The position numbers were made by a program, and so were the translations under genes. From Andalucia godoyi And28 (taxonomy: Eukaryota; Protista; Jakobida): a stretch of 64,000 nt of DNA. The DNA lies in the NCBI GenBank assembly GCA_009859145.1, contig VRVR01000036.1:224972-288971 (forward strand). Reading direction: 5' to 3'. Below the pieces are notes generated by a model that searched no databases, was not told where the DNA came from, and saw only the letters and a program-made list of their open reading frames with translations. Of the stretch, positions 43,243 through 54,900 are shown piece after piece; positions within the stretch are counted from its first letter, which is position 1; each line of letters opens with the position of its first letter.

Positions 43243-44439
43243 ATGGGTTCGAGACACTCGATGGATTTGATACGAAGAGTTCTTTCTGGAGTCTGGAGCG
43301 CGACATCCGACGCAAACCGTCCCGGGGAGCTGCTGTCGCTGACGGGCCACTTCTTCCATCCACAGAGCGGGCTTCACTCCGAGGGTGTTTGGCACAACAT
43401 GTCGATGGCTTTTGTGTATGCAAAACTGTATTCCAAGACCCAGGAAGCGCAGTTTAGAGAGCTTGCACTTCGGACATCGAGCTCAGTGTGGAATCTCAAC
43501 TTTGATGCGAGTGCGCATGCGTTCCGGCAGAGGACTGCATCTGGGTTCTGGGGCACGGAAGTACAACAAGGGTTCAAGAAGTCGGCATACGAGCCAAACG
43601 ATGATAAACGAGTGGGTGCACAATCGTTTGCAATCATTGTTTGGAGCCTGCTTGCACGGCTGTTCCCTTCCGAGTGCACGGAGCAGTTCCGGGAATTGGC
43701 GTTGCATCTTGTGGATGGGTTTTGGATTGCCAATGACAAGCGATGGAAATCGTCGCAGAAACGGTGTGGTTCGTTTCGTGCCGTGGATCATGCGCTTGCA
43801 TACTGCGCCTTGCGACTCTTGGTCAGTAAACAGTCGCCGCTTGTGTTTTCCGCGCAGCAGATTGCTTTTTGGAAGGACGTAATGAGAGACACTCGCGAAA
43901 CTCTGTTGTCCAAGTTCGGATATCAGAGAGCACTGGATAATGAAAACCGAAGTGCAGTATTGGCATACATGTTTGAGGACCCGGCGAACCAAGCGTCCGA
44001 TAATCTGCGATTCCTGTGGCAGGAGTCATGGGTGTTGATCTCAATGTTTGACGTACATCCGTCGTTTGCGCGGCTGTTTCGCGGTATTGTAACAGATTAC
44101 CTGCAAGCGGACACTGGAATGCTAGTGTCAGAACCGGTTTCGAAAATGAAGACTTGCTACGGCACGGATTTGCCTGTGTACACCGGGGACAATGCGCTGT
44201 TCTTGATGGTTGCGCGATGGGTGATGGCGTCGAATGGATCGGTGCCTGTCGACGATGCAGTACTGGCGACCGTCAAGAAATTGCGCGAATCCTTTGACGA
44301 ATATGTGCGGTCTTCAGCGATGCACGAGTCTGGATTGATTTATGGCTCGAATCTTTGGAAAGAGCATGGCATTTGGTCCAACAGCGAATTTCTGTTCGGT
44401 GCCGTGGCAGATGCTGAGGATTTTGGAATTCTTAGCTGA
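43243..44439 (+). CDS. Hypothetical 398-aa protein, possibly six-hairpin (alpha/alpha)6 glycosidase/epimerase-like
   Basis: Clean ATG-to-TGA ORF. Repeated helix-then-aromatic units (WNLNFD, VDGFW, VDHALAY, YTGDNALFL). Fold call is pattern-based only. Confidence 0.6.
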   Translation: MGSRHSMDLIRRVLSGVWSATSDANRPGELLSLTGHFFHPQSGLHSEGVWHNMSMAFVYAKLYSKTQEAQFRELALRTSSSVWNLNFDASAHAFRQRTASGFWGTEVQQGFKKSAYEPNDDKRVGAQSFAIIVWSLLARLFPSECTEQFRELALHLVDGFWIANDKRWKSSQKRCGSFRAVDHALAYCALRLLVSKQSPLVFSAQQIAFWKDVMRDTRETLLSKFGYQRALDNENRSAVLAYMFEDPANQASDNLRFLWQESWVLISMFDVHPSFARLFRGIVTDYLQADTGMLVSEPVSKMKTCYGTDLPVYTGDNALFLMVARWVMASNGSVPVDDAVLATVKKLRESFDEYVRSSAMHESGLIYGSNLWKEHGIWSNSEFLFGAVADAEDFGILS

Positions 44440-44631
44440 TGTCCGTGATTCAAAAGGGCGGGCAAGATACAACGAAGACGCTTCTTGAGTAATACACACT
44501 TTTTGTTTGTTTGTTTATTTATTTATTATTATTATTATTTTAATAGTCTAAAAAATAGAATAGAGAATAACCAGAAAATCTAGAACAGGAATGGTAATCT
44601 GCGAAAGCCTGAAGAAAAAACCAAACGCGCG

Positions 44632-44663
<32 letters not shown>

Positions 44664-44700
44664 TACACACACACACGCACATGCCTATGGTCAATGCTGA

Positions 44701-47700
44701 TCATTGAGAACGATCCTTTGCATTCGCAACGGCATGATGTTTTGCAATAAGACGACGAAATACCTCCTCCGCTTGCTTGACGTCCCCGGAAGTGAGCGCA
44801 GTCGAAAACTCTGAAATCTCAAACGGTCCATCGGGTCTCCAAACACTCGACATGACGTTTGCCACGTACGATATCATCTGCTCGGTACCAAACCGCAACA
44901 CTAGAGTGCGCAGCAGTGCAACAATCTGCTTCAGAATCCGATTGCATTCCGCATCTCGGAGATCAAATGAAAACGAAAGAGGAATCTGCAGAACCGTGGG
45001 AACAACAGAGTCTGCAAAAAACTGAAGAAATGGCTGATACAGCGCATCTCTTTCGGGCTTCACTTCTTCCAACAGATGAACGGCAACAGCCAAGCTCGTT
45101 TTGGCAAGGGTGGGTTCAGACAGACATGACAGAGAATCTCTCAGGAAGAGAAAGAAGGCATTGGCTACATCCGATGGAATGGAAGATGACAAGAGATAGG
45201 AGCTGCACTGGTGCTGCGTCACCGCAAAAAGCAAATTGAAAAACTGACGGTAGATGTCGAGTAGCTGTCGAACTGGTTCCGAATGAAAAAGAGCTTCCGA
45301 CTCTGTCGATTGTGCTTTGGAAGATGATCCCGAAGCCAAGGTCGTTCGGTTGTCCGCGAATTGGTTTCGGGGAGATTCTGTTGAAGACAACGGTCCGGAA
45401 GCAGAGTCAGATCGATCCATGGTAGTGGATGGGCTCGTGGCCGTCTGCATTGAAGACGACGACGACGCAGAAGCAGAAGTGGAAGCAGAGAACGACGGCG
45501 ACGACGAGGAGGAGGAGGAGCATGGTAAGGATGCAGAAGGGCCAAGCGACTTTAACAAAGAAAAAAAAACCTCATCGGGGCGCGAAAGCCGATTCACTGG
45601 AGGGCATCCTGGCATCGCAAGGATCAACTCCAACATTGCAGAAGTAATGGACATGATCCTTTCCAGCGTGGCAGGAAACACACGCTCCAAGACAGACACA
45701 GCTTCGGACCGGAATCGCATAACACACTGCATGATCATTCTAATGCACTCTAATATCGCAGCAGTATCCACAGATGATGCGGATTGTGCAAATGTATGTA
45801 CCAGCAATTCCACAGCCATCCAGCGAAACTCTGTTCCCATGCATTCAATCATACGATGAAAGAAAAGAAAGACCTTTTCTCTCAAAACGACTCGTGCACT
45901 TCGAGCGTCGCCAACAACCTGGGCAGTGTACACAGAAAGGACCAGAGAAGAAAGATCGCGGAACAGGGACGCAAAGGAAGGAAACCTACCGGACGTGAAT
46001 GCCTTGCACAAATTACCAAGCGCAGAAATGTGGTCTGCCATCGGTTCGATCGAAGACGCGCTGACTTGAAGACTTCCGGCATCTGTTGGCGACCCAGAGG
46101 AAAACACAAACGAGCGAATCGCATGTACCACTGGAGTTAAGAGCTCAGTGGCCATCATTAAAGTTCCAGCACCATCCGGCTGCTGAGCAACCAGGATGCC
46201 TACAGCCTCGAACAGGTGCATCTGCTCGACGGCGCGCAGCGGTCGATCAGGGGGATACTGCGCTGCTGGAGGAGCAGATTGATAGCCGGCAAACAGCCAC
46301 AACGTTGATTGGTCCGCATATTGTCGAGCAGAATTCTGCATAGAAACCTGGGACGTGGAAATGCGAAGTTGCAAATGAATTGCAACTTGAGGGATAATTT
46401 CTTGAAGATAGACTACCAAGCTCTGTCGCAAGTCCTTCACAAGACGAAGGAACAAGTAGGAAACTCGGGAGCGAACAGCAGGATCTCGGTGCACAATCCC
46501 ACATGGACCAAGCATCGCTCGAATGACGCTCGAAACAGCCCGCGATTTCAACGAGGATTCATCTCGGAATCCATCCGATGCTGCCGAGCTCGAGGACGCA
46601 AGCATGAATTTTCCGTACCGGCATACAACTTCATAATACTGCAAGAAAACAATTGGAGACTTGGCAAGCTGCAGAAACTGTTCCTGACATGAACAGGTGT
46701 TCCAAAACAGTTTGAAGTAACATGAAGACGGGTCCTTTGCAGCTTTCTCCGTCACCCCTTCCCCGAAAGAATAAAACAGCCACAAAAGCGCTTCTTGTTC
46801 CACGTCGGAAGGATCCACGGATTTCCAGTCAAATGAAAAGAACTGTTCCATGATCTGCGGAGGAGAAACCTTGGAGATGGTGCGGAAGACACTGGTCAGA
46901 TTCTTTCTAAATTCCATGAATTCCGACCACATATCTTCAGTATCCGCATCCCATAATTCCAGACCTCGTCTTCCAGAGGACTGTGTAACCAGACGATTCG
47001 GTATTCGCAAATTAAGATGAATCGCGCGCAGCAAGAATGCGTACATGTCGACGTGGAACGAAGCAACGGATCCCATCGACTTTGGACCGGTACCCGAAGA
47101 CGAAAGCGACGGATCGCTGTTGCTTCTTTTCAATTCCAGAGCAGCAGATCCAGCACCCATGGATGAAGATCGAACAAGCCGCTTTGATCGACCCATGTAT
47201 GAAACAACAGCCGGATTCACTGCTAGACACATGTCCAGCGCAACGTCAAACGACACTGGAACTGCGATTTCTCGGGCGGCAGCGCTTGTGACAATGCTGG
47301 GCATAAGGAAAAAGCGTACTGTCCAGGGGAGCAACGAAATGGCGAGCAGCGTGCTATCCTCTTCGAGAGAAGAACTCAGAAGCTCTTGAACAACGGTATT
47401 GGCGATCTTTGCAACCTGAAGGAACACTTTGATATCGGGAACACTTTGCAAATTAATTTGCAACGAAGATGAGTTGGTGGGATTCAAGACTGCAGCATTC
47501 GCCGAAGATGCATGGGAGGCGTGGGAAACCATGACGGACGCAAGTCCGTCAAGCATTTCGAACAATGCCACTACTCTGTGATCCGCCTGAATAGCAGGAG
47601 AAAAGAGGGAAACAAGTGTTCTTGAAAAATGCTCGACTACAAGAGCGATGTTCAAGCGCTGCACGAGGACGATTTTGGAATTGACCTCCATACCCTTTTC

Positions 47701-48474
47701 GAGCATGTGCAGAAAGAGACGAAGCGTGTCCGAGACATACACATGATTCGAAAGAAAGAGAAACAGGAGCTGAAGATACGGAGGCTTCAGCAGATTTTCC
47801 AAGTCAATCCATTCCGCATACTCGCAAAGTGTACTTAAGGAGCGACGAACCAATTCCTGATGACTCTGCTGGGCGTGGTTCATCAGCGAAAACAGGGCTT
47901 CTGTGAAGGACGGCACAACTTGGTCCCGCATTGTGTCCTTGATCAAGGTACACCGGAGGTGGTACTCGGACGATCTGTCAACGGAGCGGTCTGCAATTTC
48001 CACATGAATATTGTGCATAACATGAACGTAAAACTCGCAACCAATCGGATTCTGAGTGCCGAATGAGGATACGTACAAATCCTGGAAAAACCCTGGCCAC
48101 CTGTGAGGATACTCGTATACGCAGCAATGGCAAAGCAGCTGGGCCATTTTGGAAACGACATATGGCGCGTACACCCGCTGACTGAACAGTTCGCGCACCG
48201 CTTCCATAATTGCCGAAAAGAGCGCTGGCACGCGATCTGCAGGCATCATCAGTTCGGAGCCAAGCCTTCCATCTGTAATCAGCGCATCTAGTGTTTGCAC
48301 GCAGAAAAAGTGGCCTTCGGGACGAGAGCTGCGAGCGAGCCATTGCAGAATATCCGCCCAGAGAACATGGGCGCGGTTGGACACATCCTGCAAACATTGC
48401 TGCGCCTGCGACCGGATGTTCGCTGGCTGGGTTGGATCCAACGCAGCGACAACAGCAGCGTCAAATTCATCCAT
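44701..48474 (-). CDS. XPOT: Exportin-T (tRNA exportin, Los1/XPOT)
   Basis: HFFCVQTL, YPHRWPGFF, RCTLIKDTMRD, EYAEWIDL, EFRKNL, VRSRVSYLFLRLVK, QMHLFEAVGIL, REKVFLFFHRMIECMG. ATG (MDEFDAA) at 48474. Confidence 0.88.
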   Translation of the reverse strand: MDEFDAAVVAALDPTQPANIRSQAQQCLQDVSNRAHVLWADILQWLARSSRPEGHFFCVQTLDALITDGRLGSELMMPADRVPALFSAIMEAVRELFSQRVYAPYVVSKMAQLLCHCCVYEYPHRWPGFFQDLYVSSFGTQNPIGCEFYVHVMHNIHVEIADRSVDRSSEYHLRCTLIKDTMRDQVVPSFTEALFSLMNHAQQSHQELVRRSLSTLCEYAEWIDLENLLKPPYLQLLFLFLSNHVYVSDTLRLFLHMLEKGMEVNSKIVLVQRLNIALVVEHFSRTLVSLFSPAIQADHRVVALFEMLDGLASVMVSHASHASSANAAVLNPTNSSSLQINLQSVPDIKVFLQVAKIANTVVQELLSSSLEEDSTLLAISLLPWTVRFFLMPSIVTSAAAREIAVPVSFDVALDMCLAVNPAVVSYMGRSKRLVRSSSMGAGSAALELKRSNSDPSLSSSGTGPKSMGSVASFHVDMYAFLLRAIHLNLRIPNRLVTQSSGRRGLELWDADTEDMWSEFMEFRKNLTSVFRTISKVSPPQIMEQFFSFDWKSVDPSDVEQEALLWLFYSFGEGVTEKAAKDPSSCYFKLFWNTCSCQEQFLQLAKSPIVFLQYYEVVCRYGKFMLASSSSAASDGFRDESSLKSRAVSSVIRAMLGPCGIVHRDPAVRSRVSYLFLRLVKDLRQSLVVYLQEIIPQVAIHLQLRISTSQVSMQNSARQYADQSTLWLFAGYQSAPPAAQYPPDRPLRAVEQMHLFEAVGILVAQQPDGAGTLMMATELLTPVVHAIRSFVFSSGSPTDAGSLQVSASSIEPMADHISALGNLCKAFTSGRFPSFASLFRDLSSLVLSVYTAQVVGDARSARVVLREKVFLFFHRMIECMGTEFRWMAVELLVHTFAQSASSVDTAAILECIRMIMQCVMRFRSEAVSVLERVFPATLERIMSITSAMLELILAMPGCPPVNRLSRPDEVFFSLLKSLGPSASLPCSSSSSSSPSFSASTSASASSSSSMQTATSPSTTMDRSDSASGPLSSTESPRNQFADNRTTLASGSSSKAQSTESEALFHSEPVRQLLDIYRQFFNLLFAVTQHQCSSYLLSSSIPSDVANAFFLFLRDSLSCLSEPTLAKTSLAVAVHLLEEVKPERDALYQPFLQFFADSVVPTVLQIPLSFSFDLRDAECNRILKQIVALLRTLVLRFGTEQMISYVANVMSSVWRPDGPFEISEFSTALTSGDVKQAEEVFRRLIAKHHAVANAKDRSQ

Positions 48475-48921
48475 GTGCCAAGCCTGGAAACGCGGCAAAA
48501 ATGAGAACCCCTTTTAAAATGATGACAGTTATAACAATGGTGAAGCGGCGTGGAGTCAAGAAAAAAAAAATGGCAACCAGAGAGGGAGAGAGAGAGAGAC
48601 CGAAAGACAGAGAGAGAGAGAGAGAGAAGCAGGTTCACGTTTGGGGGATGGAAATGAAAAGAGAAAAAAGGCAGGTGCAAGCATCAAGTCTCAAACGACG
48701 CCTCAATCATGTGTTTCGGAGATTTCTATCGGCGTTTGAGGCTGTTTTTTCTCCCAATGTTCAAAGCTCTGCGGAGCCTGCTTTACGTGTTTGTGTTTGT
48801 GTTTGCGTGTGTGTGTGCGTGATAAAGGGCTGTTCCATAGTACGGGAGACAAGTGCGAGGAATCGCATAGTTTGTGGTTTGTGTGAGAGGCGGGCTGGTA
48901 AAAGGCAGATAACCACTTGAA

Positions 48922-51900
48922 ATGGAGTCTCTACTAAGCATCAGTTTGAACAATGAGGATGTGTCGACTCTGAATAATGTGTCACTGGTTGATCTCGACA
49001 AAATGAGCAATTTGGATGTGGATTTAGATCTGGACAACGACGACATTTTGAAAGATGCCACTGAAATGTTCAAAACCTCAGTTTCGACAAGAGTGAAATT
49101 CCGTCAGTGTGTAGCCAAGATTCACGACAAGGTGAAAGACTCGGGAATGGACACAAAGTCAGCTTTTCGGACGCTGAAACTAGTGCTCTCCGTGCAACGG
49201 TGTGCGAGGAGATTCCTTGCGATCCGAGAGAAAAATCGCAGATTAGTATCGAAATACATAGAAGAAGAAGAGAAGGAGGAAGCTGATCGGCGAAGGAAAC
49301 TTGAAGAAGGTCTTGTGTTTCTCGACAAGATTCAGCGCCAAGCTTCCGAAGCGGATTTTCGAGTATTGAATCGCCACAAGAGTGCAATTTCCAGGAATTC
49401 GGGTGCCGTTATTCTTCGATACTGGAAGAGGTACAGATCCAGATACCTGTATAATAAGAAGCGCAAAATTGCGGCGCAGAAAATATTCATGTTCTGGAAA
49501 CGGACATTCAACCGTCGCCGATTGAAACGTGTCATCGAGGATGCGATCCTGCAACGTCGATCCAGACACGCGACGCAAGATGCGAATCGTGGTGACACTC
49601 GAGAATCGAAGGTTCGATTGCTGCAAAAGATAGTGCGAGGATACTTGGCTCGTCGCAAGTTCTTGCATGCGCTGACATTGAGAGCACTTGAAGAGGAGGA
49701 ATTGGAGGACGAGAAGAGGCGCATTGCTCTGGAAGAAGGATTGAAATTCCTGGATGCCCAAAAGAAGCAGCAGAGCGACCGCGACATGAAATTTCTACGT
49801 CGGCATGACAGCGCTCGTCGTCTGCATGCTGCAGGCTTGATCGCCAAGTACTGGCAATCCCACCAAGCACAAGTTCTCCAAAACAGACGGCGAAATGGCG
49901 CAGCATGCAAAATATGGCAGTGGTGGAGAAGAAGCATCTGCAGGGAGTCCCTTCGTGCGTTTGTCGAGAATGCAGTGCAAAAGCGACGCTCTGCTCGAGC
50001 GCTGTCAGATCAGATGACGAGAGACATTTTAAGTGCGAGCGCTCTTCTTGCCGAAGAGAACTCCGAGGTTGATGTAGTGGTACACGCAGAAGCAAACGAG
50101 AGAAGCATTCGTTTACAGCGGAGCTGCGCCGGAGTAGAAGACACTGATGAAGAAGATTTGCACGCAATCAGGAGTGGTTCAACCTCTTGCGAACGAGATC
50201 AAGAGGGGCATTATCCAGAGGCTAAGGATCCGGAGAGGGAGTTGGAATTGCCTGGACAACGTGACATGAGTGACGATGCAGCGATTTCAGATCCCGCTGA
50301 ACCCCAAACGAGTTCTCGATGTGAAGAAGAAGACGACGAAGACGAAGACGAAGCTGATAATTGCCGTGGTGATATGGCGACGACAGATCAGGACGAGGTG
50401 ATTGGGAATGAGAGTGAGATGGAGGAACGTGTACAATCAGAATCAGATGAAAGTCCCATTGCTGACGAGAAATTTGCAGATGAAGATGGCACTTTGGAAG
50501 ATCGTCAAGATGAATATCATTCTTTGAAGGACGGTGATCACGAGAATCTGGATGCTGAAATGTATGTATCGCGGACCGGTGATGACAACAGCGAGCTCGA
50601 CGTGCGGAGGCAGGACGATGTGGATGCGGAGGCAGACTCGGAATCTTCTCGGGATTCCGGGATGCTTGTCGATGACGAGTCAGAAAGGGTGGATGATCCC
50701 AGTACGGGCTGTTCTGCGCGAGCCGACGAAAGAACGGCTTCGGGACGCCACGAAGCTTCTGTGAATGACGACGACTCGATGCATTCCGTCTCTCACGAGG
50801 ATGTGGACGACTTCGAATCGAAAGAACTGACGTGCGGAACTGCCACAGCGGAAATAGGCTCTCCCGAATTGGTCCGCATTCCAAACGTTTCGAGTGTTCA
50901 AGACGGAATCGGCTCTTATCGCTATGCAAAATCAAGTGCCACTGGCATGTCAACTGTCGATGACCCTGATCGCGAACGATTCTCTTCTTATTTAAGCTCA
51001 ATTCGCCGAGAACGAGAAGAACGAGAGGCCACCTTCTTCAGCACCAAAGTCGAGAACGTTAAAGAAAAAAGTCGGGGAAAGATTGCACCAGGACCCCTGA
51101 AGCGTCAGCCAAACTGCAAGCCTACAGACGAAGATATTTTGGATGAAAGGCGCGAATTTGAAGCGCTTCGTTCTGCTATCCAGCGCTCAACTGCTTCTTC
51201 GTCCCAGACTCCTGACGTATCTGCATCTGTTTTGGACCGTGTTCATATTCGGATGGAAGAAGCAAAACGCAAGGAGCGGTCGCTTCTTCGTAACATCTTC
51301 TCTGGAGCCAGCCATGATTACAGGGACATCGACCACGAACGATCAAAACGCAAGCATGTGCACCCCAGTGCGTTGCGGGATCGGCATTCTATGCGACAGC
51401 CTCCTGATTCCTCTGACAACTCTGCCATTGCTTCCGACACTGCATCGTCCACCGAGCAAACGAGGGCGTTACGCGGCCGGAATTTTCCCTCGAGTCCACC
51501 TGTTGCAACATCCAAAGCAGCTGATTCTCTGTCGTCGAAACCGGTTTCCGCAGCGAGAACTCGTGATCTGCAGCCAAAGACTGCCGTGCGCTCGCCATCC
51601 GTCATGATGGCCCGAAAGGATGCAGATCACAAGACGCAATCACCACCTTCTGAGGATCCGCTGGATGTCCTGATGCACATGCAAGAGAAACAGTCGTATC
51701 AACAATCTTTGACTCTGACGATTGCACACATTGATGTAGCCTCGACCAGGAAATCCAATGTTCGTGATGAAGGCAGCAAGGAGAATGGCGAGGAGAATGG
51801 CGAGGAGAATAACGAGGAGAATGGCGAGGAGGGTGCTGACGAGGAGTCCTACGAAAGTAACAGCAATAACAGTGATTTTCAATCTCGATCATGTCGGATG

Positions 51901-54900
51901 AGCGCAAAGGATGAAGAAACGCCAATGTGGTTGCCGATTTCAGAAGAAGACGCAAAATCGCTTCGATTGATGGATGATCTACTCGAAGAGGTCGATGCGT
52001 CGTCCGCAGTGAAAGAGTGCTGCCCATTAGAGATCCCGAGCGTGTTGCGCGACGCTATCTTGGACAGGATTGAATACGCCACGAAACCGCGACCTGCTGG
52101 ATCGAAAAGACCCTCAAAGCCTGCGACTGCGGCACTGGCTGGGAAGAAGCCTTCGACGGCTGATGCCGTTCCACCACCTGCTTCGATCGATGTTTCGAGA
52201 ATGATACCGTGCATGGTTGATGCTGCAGTGGTGCTGGCTGAGAGACTGCTGGACGATCGCGAATCTCTTGAAAACGCGCTGAATGAAGAGACTGATCGAG
52301 TAACGTTTGAAATTCTTGCTTGTCAAGCTGTCCCGGTTGCCAGAGTGGGATACGAATACCGGCCCTTTTTTTCTAAAAGCGGGGACGAAATCTGGTTTAG
52401 TGATGATTTTCGTTTATTGTCGATGAAGGGATGCACCATCACCCCACCCGTCTGCGCGCCGTTGTCTGGGATCTGCGGTGTTTGTCTCGTCAGTGACCGC
52501 ATCGGCGTATTTCTTCGGTGTGACGGTTTGCTAGTGGCCTTTGACACCTGTGCTCGCGCATGGATGAAAACTGTGTGGGTAGACGTGGCCGATTGCCATG
52601 AGCTGCTAGCTTGCAACCGGGTTTCCTTCTCAAAATCTCAAAATGTCCTTGTTGCCCAATCATCCTCTGTTATCGCGGTGGTGGAAGCGATTTCCCTGAC
52701 GTTGATTCGTGTTATTCAGCTCGATTTCTGTTTTTCCGTGTTTTTCCCCATTGGAGAAGAGTTGTTATTGATTCTGCAGCCAGATGGGAAAATGATGTCC
52801 ATGACAATGCATTGCTCTTCCGATGAGTATGAAGTGGTGGCTGTGTATCACACGAACTGTTTGAGCATCATTTCATCCGGCGACTGGTATCTTTCTGTTT
52901 TAGATTCCGACGAATTCGTTTTGCGTGACGCGACCCTCGAAGAAGTATGGAGGTGCAGAATGTACCACAAGTCGCCGATTGCTGGTTTCGGTGTCCGTGA
53001 TGATTTTCTCATCATTTTCTTTTCAGACGGAGTGTACCACATGTTTTGCATGCATGACATTACTGTGCAACTGGGCATCGATGACGCGCCTTCCTGTGTT
53101 TTGACTGCAGTTCCTGGCTTGTATTCGAAACCGACTGTTTTCAGGTCTCGTTATGGATTCCCTCGTGTTGTGTTTCAATACGGCATCGTATCGTCGGGTG
53201 TACTCAAGTTCAGTTTTTCGACTGCGGAAGATAAATTCCTTTTGGAATCGGTTGTGAATGGTTTGTCAGCGGTGACAGAACTGCAAGTCTGCCGTTGTGT
53301 GGAATCGGTACCAAAACGAAACATCGATCAGTTTGAGCGATCGAGAGACGTTGATTCGCGTGTGGCACTCGGGATCGCAGCTTCCGCTTGCGAGGATGCT
53401 GCTGCACAAGATGACGGAGTTGATGAAGCCACCTCGACTTTACTGTCATCCATCCAGAAGAGTGCTCGTGCACTGGTTTTTACCCCAATGTCAAACTCTG
53501 AATTGATGTCAATGGTCGTTGACCTGCAGCAGTGCTATGATCACGCACTTCCAGGATCGATTGGTTGTTTGTGCGACACAGGACTGGACTGTGGACCCAT
53601 TGATTCCTATGCATCAGAAGAGCCGAAGCGTCAGTGTTGGACGGCCATTCGAGATATTGTGGAATCTTCGGACAGTTTTTCGCAGCTTTTGGAATCCGAA
53701 CAGAATCCCATTCTCCAAGAGTGCTGTGTTTCCGACATGCACCGGAGGCTGAATGATTGCAGGCAGCGTTTGTTGAGCTTACGTGCACGATCTCGGAACA
53801 GGAAATCGGAAGCGTTTTATACCGAGTATTCCGCATCTCCTCGTGCAGACAGCCCCCGCGGCTCGTCGGACGGCGTTGCACCTTGGTCAAGCATATCGGG
53901 AAATGGCACCAATCGCATTCCCCTGTCATGCTTCCTCCTTGAACGGGGCACCTTTCTCAGAGATCAATCGATTCGGCTCTTGTTCCGAAATGTGTGTGCT
54001 TGGTTCGTTGAGCATCCGCCGGCATCTCGTTTCCAACTGGACCCGGCACTCCTCATTGTGAATGTTCCGGAAGGCACAGTGTTCTACAAAGACTACGACT
54101 CCACAACAACACAGGCTCCTACGCCGACATGTTTTACTCCCCCAGAGTATTTCGACGTGGACAGTGTTCATGGACAGACACCATCAGTGGTATTTTCACT
54201 GGGGATGCTGCTATTCGCAATGTACAGTGGACTTGCTTCCACTCAGTCTTACAGCGACGAACTAGCTTCATACCGACGGGATCGTCCGCGGACGGTTCAT
54301 TCCGCCTCGTGTCCTGCTCGGGATTTTGAGTTCCAATTGGACGATTCTCTTTTGCCGATTCCTGCACGAAGCCTGGTTCGTGATTGTGTACGGATCAGCT
54401 CGCATTCTCGGCTCACTTTGGGCAGCATTTTGTCCCAGGAATATTGCAACGTCTCACACGATGGAGCTAGCGGCGGGGTGCAAGTGGAATCTGATGGATT
54501 TGCAACGACTGCTGTTGATTGGTGTCTTTCAGCCTGCAGTAGTGATCTCGCTGCATGCATGCATCTGGAATGTCTCGATCGATCGCGTCGAGCTCTGATC
54601 CGTCACGTGTTCGGTGCTGACGATTCCACTTTGCAGAAGCGTTTGTTTCGGGAAATTTGGACGTCTGGGCGCCTGAAGGGTTTATTCGACGCTGCTGCAG
54701 CAGACCCGGAATCGCTGACCGACGTTCTCAACTGGGTGGAAGCGTTTCATTTCCACGCAGACGACGCTGTGTTTTCGCAGTTCTTCGAATTCCTTTCGCA
54801 GATTTTATTGGGTGATCTATCAGTCGTCTCCAGAGAGAGGAGGAACTGCAGAGACGTGGCTGCTTTTTGGTTGAAAAAGGCGGTTTCGTCATGGCTAAAT

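Noticed and set aside
51778-51832. 12-nt GAGAATGGCGAG tandem repeat
   Set aside because: In-frame coding repeat (ENGE) in a disordered linker; no unique spacers, so not CRISPR-like.
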